In this document: piece after piece, positions 55,995 to 62,393 of the stretch | Numbering within the stretch: position 1 is the first letter of the stretch | How the letters are laid out: each line of letters starts with the position of its first letter | NCBI GenBank assembly: GCA_046757585.1 | Contig: JBHHYR010000002.1 | Coordinates: forward strand, 1-62,393 | Length of the DNA: 62,393 nt | Direction: 5' to 3' | From: Candidatus Binatia bacterium | Lineage (GTDB): Bacteria > Desulfobacterota > Binatia > HRBIN30 | Made by a program: the position numbers and the translations under genes | Notes under the pieces: model-generated | The model's database searches: none | Seen by the model: the letters and a program-made list of their open reading frames with translations, nothing else | What the model was told of the DNA's origin: nothing

Positions 55995-56743
55995 AGTCGG
56001 TCCACAACCGGCGGGATACAACTCCGCGAACTTCAACCTCAGCGACTCCGAGCAGCTGGGCCACGCTGCGTGAGTACGTCAAGAGCCGGGGGGTATGGGG
56101 TACCGCACGCCGCCTGTTCACTGCGTTCGTGTACCATCGTGAGCATCTGGTCCTCTACTACAAGCCGATGGACCAGGAGATACAGCGGGTGACGGCGAAG
56201 GTTGCTGGCGTCATGCGGCGCGCTACGGTGGAGGATCTCGAGAGGCTCGATGTCTTCTCACATCATTACACACAAGCGCAGTTCAGACGATGGATTGAAA
56301 AAGGCTGGGCGTGGGTTTTCGAACACGACGGAAAGCTGATCGCCTACCGGGTGGTGACGCAAGAGTTGCCTCGGGTGGGCGCCCCTCGAGACCTGGTGCA
56401 ACTGGAGCCAACCGATGTCTGGGTGGTTAATATGTACACGCTGCCTGAGTATCAGGGGCTGCGCGTCCAAGCTGCACTGATCACGCACGTCCTCGCTGTG
56501 AACCAGGCCGCGGGCTTCAAACGGGAGATCAGCATCGGCCGACTCGACAACGAATCATCTCGTCGCACCATTGGATTGTCGGGCGGCCGCGAGATGGAAG
56601 AGATCATCTCTACCCGCTTGTTCGGCATCACGCGCTACCGGCTCAAGAAAACTGGGGCTCGGCGATACTACGACGGTCAAACCGTGGCCCGCACGAGTGG
56701 GAAGGAGCAACCGCGTGGCGAGAGTAACCTCCGAGGCGCTTAG
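55991..56743 (+). CDS. GNAT-family N-acetyltransferase
   Basis: GTG overlaps the upstream stop (GTGA). Motif A region: VVNMYTLPEYQGLRVQAALITHVLAV. Confidence 0.7.
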   Translation: MKSVHNRRDTTPRTSTSATPSSWATLREYVKSRGVWGTARRLFTAFVYHREHLVLYYKPMDQEIQRVTAKVAGVMRRATVEDLERLDVFSHHYTQAQFRRWIEKGWAWVFEHDGKLIAYRVVTQELPRVGAPRDLVQLEPTDVWVVNMYTLPEYQGLRVQAALITHVLAVNQAAGFKREISIGRLDNESSRRTIGLSGGREMEEIISTRLFGITRYRLKKTGARRYYDGQTVARTSGKEQPRGESNLRGA

Positions 56744-57869
56744 CGGGGTAGCCGGCCAAGATGTGACCGGTGCTCTGGCGGCGGCGACTTTCCGCTTCCG
56801 GACGGATGCCCCGGAACTCGCCCGGTATGCCCGCGCACACCTGGCGACCTTGGTTACCAAAGCTGGAGGGCCAGTGCGCATCTGTTCCACGCTCCGCTGG
56901 CACGAAGGCCAGCCCCCCCGAGATCGTACCGGCGCCTTTCCCGAACTCGCGAGCATGGAACGGATTGATCGGGATCTCTACATCGCCCCCGGACGGTTGT
57001 GTTGGTTTCGTATCGACGACCTGCGTGATCTGCACCTGTACCTGAGTTGGCGGGAGGACCGGCTGACGGTTGAAGGGGACTTCTACTACCGCCTTGCCAG
57101 TGACTGGTATCGCGACCGAGCGAAGCGCGTGCTCTACCCCCGGCGCGTTGGAGAACTACGGCGGCGGCGCTTTACCACATTACTCTATTATCTAGTCTAC
57201 TACCCTTGCTGGTGGTGGCTGGAAGAGACGCAAGATCTGCACCCGATTCACGCCGCCGGTGTCCGGACGAGCAGGAGCGGCATCCTGCTCGGTGGCGCGA
57301 GCGGTGTTGGTAAATCGACGCTCGCGGTCGCGCTGGCCAGCCTACCAGGGGCCAAACTCCTGTCGGACAGCTTTGTGCTGCACAACGGAGCCGACATGTT
57401 TGCGGTGCCAGAGCCAATTCTCTTGGACGCGTGGAGCCGGCAGTGGCTGGGTAGCAAGGGCGATGAACTCGAGGCGATCGATTGGCGCTATTGTCTCAAC
57501 CGCACCGGTTACCGCCTGCCTACCTTCCGTCTGGCCGCCGATGGCCGAGCCGGCCTGCTCCTGTTCCCAAGGCGTTCGCCGGAGACGTACGTCAAGCCGA
57601 TCTCCTCTGAACAAGCCCACGAGCGCTTGAGCGCCGCTGATCTCATCATCAACGATCTGCGGCGTTACTGGGCCTTCGCCGCGGTTGTCGAGCATCTGGT
57701 ACCGGGTCGGCTGGTGGCGCGGCGAGAGGCACAGCTGGCACGGTTGACCGCCGCGGTGCCCGGTTACGAAATTGGGCTGAAGGCGGACGCGACGTGCACG
57801 GCTACAGTGGGCTCGATCTTGGAGCTCGTGGCAGATCAGCAGTTGCGCACCGCAAACGCGCGCCAGTGA
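56715..57869 (+). CDS. HprK-related P-loop protein (HPr kinase C-terminal-domain-like)
   Basis: GTG 56715 has GAAGGAG 8 nt upstream. HAAGVRTSRSGILLGGASGVGKSTLAVALASLPGAKLLSDSFV parallels the HprK/P catalytic-domain P-loop and the following DD-type strand. Confidence 0.65.
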   Translation: MARVTSEALSGVAGQDVTGALAAATFRFRTDAPELARYARAHLATLVTKAGGPVRICSTLRWHEGQPPRDRTGAFPELASMERIDRDLYIAPGRLCWFRIDDLRDLHLYLSWREDRLTVEGDFYYRLASDWYRDRAKRVLYPRRVGELRRRRFTTLLYYLVYYPCWWWLEETQDLHPIHAAGVRTSRSGILLGGASGVGKSTLAVALASLPGAKLLSDSFVLHNGADMFAVPEPILLDAWSRQWLGSKGDELEAIDWRYCLNRTGYRLPTFRLAADGRAGLLLFPRRSPETYVKPISSEQAHERLSAADLIINDLRRYWAFAAVVEHLVPGRLVARREAQLARLTAAVPGYEIGLKADATCTATVGSILELVADQQLRTANARQ

Positions 57870-57875
57870 CCGGCG

Positions 57876-59099
57876 GTGATGATCCGGGTGCTCTTGGTCG
57901 AAGCCTCGAGCGGGGGTGTGGTGGGTGGCTCGCTGACCGGCTTGTATCACTTGATTCGCGGCCTCGACCGCAGGCGCTTCAGCCCCGCGCTGGTCTTGTA
58001 CGAGCGCAAGGCGATCGAGACGGACATGAGTTGCCTCGGCGTACCCGTGTACCACGTGCGCCGGCACCACATACGCAAAGACCATGCCCTGCTTCAGTAC
58101 AGGGGCTACCAGCGGGTCAAGGCATCGCGCAGTGTCCGCACAGTGTTGAGCTTGGGGCGGCAGACCTTGCGTCTAATAGTGGAGGAGGCGCCAGCGGCTC
58201 TGCAGCTTGCTCGTGTGGTGCGGCGGTTCGGAGCGGACGTCGTCCACTTGGGCAACGGGGTGCGTGCCAACTTCGATGGTGTGCTGGCCTGTGTGCTGAT
58301 GGGCGTGCCATGCGTGTGCCACGTGAAAGGCTTCGAGAAGTACTCCGGTCGCGAGCGCCGGTTGGCTCGCCACATCGACGCACTCGTGTGCATGACACAC
58401 GCGGTGGAGGACCATTGCGTGCGCAACGGGGTGCGTGGCCGCACGATTCAGGTGGTGTATGACGCACTCGACGAGGGAGCCTTTGTGGCGAAGCGCAGTG
58501 CGGCGGCTATTCGGGCAGAGTTCGGAGTCGAAAACGGCGCACCGTGTGTGGGCGTGATCGGCAACATTCAGGAATGGAAAGGGCAAGCCATACTCGTCGA
58601 GGCGATGGCCCGTGTCAGCCGTGCGGTGCCCAACGCACACGCGTTCATCGTCGGCGGCGTGCATCGGGCGGGCACCACGTACCACGTGCAGCTGCAGGAA
58701 CGCATACGCGCCTTGGGCCTGGAGCATGTTCTGTCCGTGATAGGTTTCCGTGAGGATATCGCGGACCTCATGAACGCCTTGGATGTGATCGTCCATACTT
58801 CCGTGCGCCCCGAACCGTTCGGCCGGGTCATTCTCGAAGGAATGCTTCTTGGGAAACCCGTGGTTGCGAGCGCGGCGGGCGGCGTACCAGAACTAATCCG
58901 GGATGGCGAGACCGGCTTTCTTGCGCCGCCTGGAGACGCCGCAGGCTTGGCCGAGCGGTTAATCCCGTTGCTGCAAGATGCCGACTTGCGGCAACGGATC
59001 GGGCGGCAGGCTCAAAGGTGGGTACGGCAGCAGTTTAGTCTCAGCGGCCACGTTTCGGCTCTGTCCACCATCTACGAGAACCTCGCAAGGACACGATGA
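57876..59099 (+). CDS. glycosyltransferase family 4 (GT-B, Glycos_transf_1)
   Basis: MIRVLLVEASSGGVVGG N-terminus. E-x7-E region VHTSVRPEPFGRVILEGMLLGKPVVASAAGGVPELI. Confidence 0.85.
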   Translation: MMIRVLLVEASSGGVVGGSLTGLYHLIRGLDRRRFSPALVLYERKAIETDMSCLGVPVYHVRRHHIRKDHALLQYRGYQRVKASRSVRTVLSLGRQTLRLIVEEAPAALQLARVVRRFGADVVHLGNGVRANFDGVLACVLMGVPCVCHVKGFEKYSGRERRLARHIDALVCMTHAVEDHCVRNGVRGRTIQVVYDALDEGAFVAKRSAAAIRAEFGVENGAPCVGVIGNIQEWKGQAILVEAMARVSRAVPNAHAFIVGGVHRAGTTYHVQLQERIRALGLEHVLSVIGFREDIADLMNALDVIVHTSVRPEPFGRVILEGMLLGKPVVASAAGGVPELIRDGETGFLAPPGDAAGLAERLIPLLQDADLRQRIGRQAQRWVRQQFSLSGHVSALSTIYENLARTR

Positions 59100-59103
59100 C
59101 CTT

Positions 59104-60885
59104 ATGCGGATATTAGGCATATCCTGTTTTTATCACGATGCCGCTGCAGCCCTGATCGAAGACGGGGAGCTCATCGCAGCGGCCGAGGAGGAGCGGTTCA
59201 GTCGCAAGAAGCACGACGCCGGATTCCCTCGGCTAGCCATCCGCTACTGCCAGGAAGCGGCGGGTGTGGCGGCACGGGACCTCGATTACGTCGTCTTTTA
59301 TGAGAAGCCGTTCGTCAAATTCGAGCGCATTCTGACAACTGCACTCAGCGTGGTCCCGAAATCATGGAAAGTGTTCGGCGATGCCATGACGACTTGGCTG
59401 CTGGACAAGCTGTGGGTGAAGAACCTCATTCGGCAGGAACTGGCCATCCCTGCCGGGCGCATCTTGTTCAGCGAGCATCATCTTTCCCACGCGGCGAGTA
59501 CGTTCTTGTGCTCGCCGTTCGACCAGGCAGCTATCCTGACGGTCGATGGCGTGGGCGAGTGGGCTACCGCTACCATGGGCCACGGCAAGGGAACCGACAT
59601 CAAGCTGTTGCGCGAGGTGCGCTTTCCACATTCGGTGGGCCTCCTGTACAGCGCATTCACTGCGTTCCTCGGTTTCGAGGTCAACGAAGGCGAGTACAAG
59701 GTCATGGGGATGGCACCGTACGGCACAGCGCGGTACGTGGACAAGGTGCGGAAACTCGTCCATCTCGATTCCGACGGCAGCTTTTGGCTCGACATGGATT
59801 ATTTCTGCTTCCACCACTCGTCCACACGAACGTACAATTCGAAATTCACTGATCTGTTCGGGGAGCCGCGCGACCCCGCCTGGCATTTCTTTACCGAGAC
59901 GTCGGGCTATCCGTCGTACTTCGAGCCAAAACCATCAAACTATAGCCAGCTGGCGGCCAGGAATCAGTACTACGCCGACATTGCCGCCAGCATCCAAGAT
60001 GTGACTGAGGAGATTGTCCTGAACATGGTACGGCGGTTGCGCCAGGAGACTGGCCTCGACCGCATCTGCCTGGCGGGAGGTGTGGCGCTGAACAGCGTCG
60101 CCAACGGGCGCATTCTGCGCGACACATCGATCCGCGATGTGTACATTCAGCCAGCCGCTGGCGACGGTGGCGGCGCGCTAGGTGCTGCCCTCTACGCCTA
60201 CCACTGCGTGCTCGGCCAGCCCCGTCGGTTCCTCATGCGTCACGCGTACTGGGGACAGGCGTTCAGTGCCGGTGAAATCAACGACTTCGTACGCGGGTGT
60301 GGTCTGCCGTCGCGGACCTACTCCAACGAAGACACACTCATTGATGCGGTGGTTGAAGAACTCCAGGCGGGCCGGGTGGTCGGATGGTTCCAGGGACGTT
60401 TCGAATGGGGCCCGCGGGCGCTGGGTTCACGCAGTATACTGGCGGACCCACGCCGACACGAGATGAAGGAGGTCGTCAATATCAAGATCAAGTTCCGTGA
60501 GCCGTTCCGCCCCTTTGCTCCGTCCGTTCTGGCCGAGAGCGCCGAGCGCTTTTTCGCTCTTCCGGAAGCACCACGGCACTACCCGGCCCGCTTCATGCTG
60601 TACGTCGTGGACGTGAAGCCGGGACAAGACGAGGTGCTCCCCGCCATCACCCATGTGGACGGTACTGCGCGGCTGCAGACCGTGCACAAGGGCGAGAGCA
60701 GGCTGTACTACGACCTGATCGAGCGTTTCGGGCAGCGAACCGGCGTTCCCGTCCTCCTGAACACCTCCTTTAACCTCAAGGGTGAGCCCATCGTGACCAC
60801 TCCAGCCGATGCCTTCAGCACATTCGCACGAAGCGGCATGGACACGGTGGTGTTGGGCGACTGCCTCGTTCGCAAGGAGCCGTGA
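59104..60885 (+). CDS. carbamoyltransferase (NodU/CmcH family)
   Basis: MRILGISCFYHDAAAALIEDG, EHHLSHAASTF, HVDGTARLQTV, LLNTSFNLKGEPIV. ORF track start 58978 was moved to ATG 59104. Confidence 0.9.
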   Translation: MRILGISCFYHDAAAALIEDGELIAAAEEERFSRKKHDAGFPRLAIRYCQEAAGVAARDLDYVVFYEKPFVKFERILTTALSVVPKSWKVFGDAMTTWLLDKLWVKNLIRQELAIPAGRILFSEHHLSHAASTFLCSPFDQAAILTVDGVGEWATATMGHGKGTDIKLLREVRFPHSVGLLYSAFTAFLGFEVNEGEYKVMGMAPYGTARYVDKVRKLVHLDSDGSFWLDMDYFCFHHSSTRTYNSKFTDLFGEPRDPAWHFFTETSGYPSYFEPKPSNYSQLAARNQYYADIAASIQDVTEEIVLNMVRRLRQETGLDRICLAGGVALNSVANGRILRDTSIRDVYIQPAAGDGGGALGAALYAYHCVLGQPRRFLMRHAYWGQAFSAGEINDFVRGCGLPSRTYSNEDTLIDAVVEELQAGRVVGWFQGRFEWGPRALGSRSILADPRRHEMKEVVNIKIKFREPFRPFAPSVLAESAERFFALPEAPRHYPARFMLYVVDVKPGQDEVLPAITHVDGTARLQTVHKGESRLYYDLIERFGQRTGVPVLLNTSFNLKGEPIVTTPADAFSTFARSGMDTVVLGDCLVRKEP

Positions 60886-60891
60886 GCGAGC

Positions 60892-62106
60892 GTGAGTCGC
60901 GGTCGGGAGCTGCTGGCAGGCGCCGTGCTCGCCGGACTGGGAGTCGCGTGCGCGGCCGCCATGCTCGAGGTCGGAGTGCGATGGCTGCACCTCGTGCCGG
61001 ACAGGTTCTGGAGGCCAGACCCCGTACTCGGTCTCCGGCTGATCCCTGGGAAAGATGGATGGTGGACGCAGGAAGATCGCGAGTTTCTAGTGCCGGTAAA
61101 GGTCAATGCCCACGGCCTCCGAGACGTCGAGCATTCGTACGCCAAACCGCCGGGCACGTTTCGAATCCTCGTGCTTGGCGACTCCTTCGTTGAAGCGATG
61201 CACGTGCCGCTCGAAGCTGCGTTCCCCCGCGTGTTGGAACGGCGACTGAACGCGACTCACCCCAGCCAGCGCGTCGAGGTCATCGGTGCGGGCGTCAGCG
61301 GTTACGGAACCGCTAGCGAGCTGCTGTATTTCGAACGCGAAGGCAGGCGGTATCAGCCGGACATCGTCTTGCTAGCCTTCTATCCCGGCAACGACGTGAA
61401 GAACAACAGTCCTACGCTCGAGGACGTGCTCAAGCCAGTGTACGCTGCTGATGGCAGCCTGCGGCGCGTGGTGCCTGCGGCCGCACCGCGACACTCGAGA
61501 GGTTGGCGTGCGTTGCTTGTCCGTTCGGCAGCGTACCACTATTTTCGTCAGGTGCTCCTTGTGCAGCATCCGCACTTGGCACACAGCCTCGCCGAGTACG
61601 GGTTGCTACGCTACGAGGCATTACGCGCGACATCAGAACACGGTGGCGTCCCTGTGGATTACGGCGTGTATGCAGCTTCGCTGCAGCCAGAATGGCGGGA
61701 GGCGTGGCGACACACGGAGAGCCTCCTGCAAGAGTTGCGGCGGGTCGTGACAGCGAACGGAGCACGCCTGGTGGTTGCGGTACTGTGCGCCCGCGACCAA
61801 ATCTACCCTGCATGGTGGCGAGAGGTTCTAGCGGCGCATCCCCGCATGCAGAGCGCACGCTGGAACCTAGATGCGCCTCAACGTCGCGTCGAACGCTGGT
61901 GCGCGCAACACGGGGTTCCATGTGTGGCGTTGGCCGCCGCGTTTCGTGCGGCCGCTGCGCATAGCGGCGATGTTCTTCACTACCACTACGACGGGCACTG
62001 GACCGTTGCTGGTCACCGCCTGGCAGCAACGGTGTTGCAAGACTTCCTCGAGCAACACCAGTTGGTGCCAAGTCGACAGCAAGGAGCGAAGCATGAAGTT
62101 CACTGA
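60892..62106 (+). CDS. membrane-anchored SGNH/GDSL-type esterase or acyltransferase
   Basis: N-terminal TM LLAGAVLAGLGVACAAAML. Block I RILVLGDSFVEA. Block III FYPGNDV. Block V YDGHWTVAGH. Confidence 0.75.
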   Translation: MSRGRELLAGAVLAGLGVACAAAMLEVGVRWLHLVPDRFWRPDPVLGLRLIPGKDGWWTQEDREFLVPVKVNAHGLRDVEHSYAKPPGTFRILVLGDSFVEAMHVPLEAAFPRVLERRLNATHPSQRVEVIGAGVSGYGTASELLYFEREGRRYQPDIVLLAFYPGNDVKNNSPTLEDVLKPVYAADGSLRRVVPAAAPRHSRGWRALLVRSAAYHYFRQVLLVQHPHLAHSLAEYGLLRYEALRATSEHGGVPVDYGVYAASLQPEWREAWRHTESLLQELRRVVTANGARLVVAVLCARDQIYPAWWREVLAAHPRMQSARWNLDAPQRRVERWCAQHGVPCVALAAAFRAAAAHSGDVLHYHYDGHWTVAGHRLAATVLQDFLEQHQLVPSRQQGAKHEVH

Positions 62107-62272
62107 AGGACTGCGGGAACGTTTCGGGATCGCCGGCGAACTCATGGGGTTCCTCTGGCAGCGCAAACTCTGGTGGCTGATTCCCATGGTGTTCGTGCTG
62201 CTCGTGTTCGGGGGCTTGATGGTGACGGCACAGAGCTCAGCCTTGGGTCCGTTCATCTATACATTATTCTGA
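62093..62272 (+). CDS. small membrane protein (59 aa), resembling the DUF5989-type proteins I recall seeing next to carbamoyltransferases
   Basis: AAGGAG lies 6 nt upstream of the ATG. Sequence MKFTEGLRERFGIAGELMGFLWQRKLWWLIPMVFVLLVFGGLMV. It overlaps the upstream gene by 14 nt. Confidence 0.55.
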   Translation: MKFTEGLRERFGIAGELMGFLWQRKLWWLIPMVFVLLVFGGLMVTAQSSALGPFIYTLF

Positions 62273-62284
62273 CGGGGGGTGCTG

Positions 62285-62393
62285 TGGCGAGTATCTCTAA
62301 TGCGGCCTCCTCTGCGCCGGACAGCACGCGTGGAAAGCTGTTGGTGGCCGTCTTCCTGCTCAACCTCTGCTACATCCTGACCTTCCCGGCTCG
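62285..62393 (+). CDS. 5' fragment of a probable membrane protein, running off the window
   Basis: GTG start followed by a hydrophobic stretch (LLVAVFLLNLCYILTFPA). Too short to classify. Confidence 0.3.

Noticed and set aside
1-62393. CRISPR arrays, tRNA/rRNA genes, insertion sequences, integrases, prophage or toxin-antitoxin/defence modules
   Set aside because: I found no periodic short repeats, no cloverleaf-like segments in the intergenic gaps I read (3858-3998, 4362-4534, 5237-5640, 5908-6375, 20997-21294, 28290-28591, 31737-32013, 36900-37206, 46159-46303), and no transposase, integrase or nuclease-like translations. The lone XRE regulator has no recognisable toxin partner.

Overview
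High-GC bacterial chromosomal segment. GC was judged by eye and taxon is not assignable from sequence alone. I saw no rRNA, tRNA, CRISPR array, transposase or integrase. Layout: (1) 1-7.5 kb holds housekeeping and small genes: panE fragment, AidB-like acyl-CoA dehydrogenase, Crp/Fnr regulator, XRE regulator, ddl. (2) 7.5-21 kb is one tightly packed minus-strand block, pilM-pilN-pilO-pilP-pilQ-aroK-aroB ... aroQ. Two lipoprotein genes sit between aroB and aroQ, one of them a giant Ig-like-repeat surface protein of about 1850 aa. (3) 21-28.3 kb holds rlmE, pcrA/uvrD, pgeF, an MmgE/PrpD-family gene, a low-molecular-weight phosphatase and an SDR. (4) 28.6-34.1 kb holds two divergently arranged signalling pairs, each ending in an NtrC-type sigma-54 activator. 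One pair has an unusual hybrid protein: pseudo-receiver, degenerate AAA+ domain, then histidine kinase. (5) 34.2-62.4 kb is a single plus-strand exopolysaccharide locus preceded by a near-consensus sigma-54 promoter, with many ATGA/GTGA stop-start overlaps. Its gene content resembles XrtA/PEP-CTERM-type EPS islands: ExeA-like ATPase, NusG paralog, Wza-like exporter, chain-length determinant, degenerate BY-kinase-like ATPase, Wzy/O-antigen-ligase-like protein, FemAB-like protein, sugar-modifying enzymes, flippase, GT4, carbamoyltransferase and SGNH esterase. No exosortase is present in the window. The most interesting content is inside this locus: a coupled ThrC-like / fold-III PLP decarboxylase / ATP-grasp-like trio, an HprK-related P-loop protein, and a phosphoglycosyl transferase with inverted domain order. 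All functional calls come from reading motifs in the supplied translations; no database search was possible.
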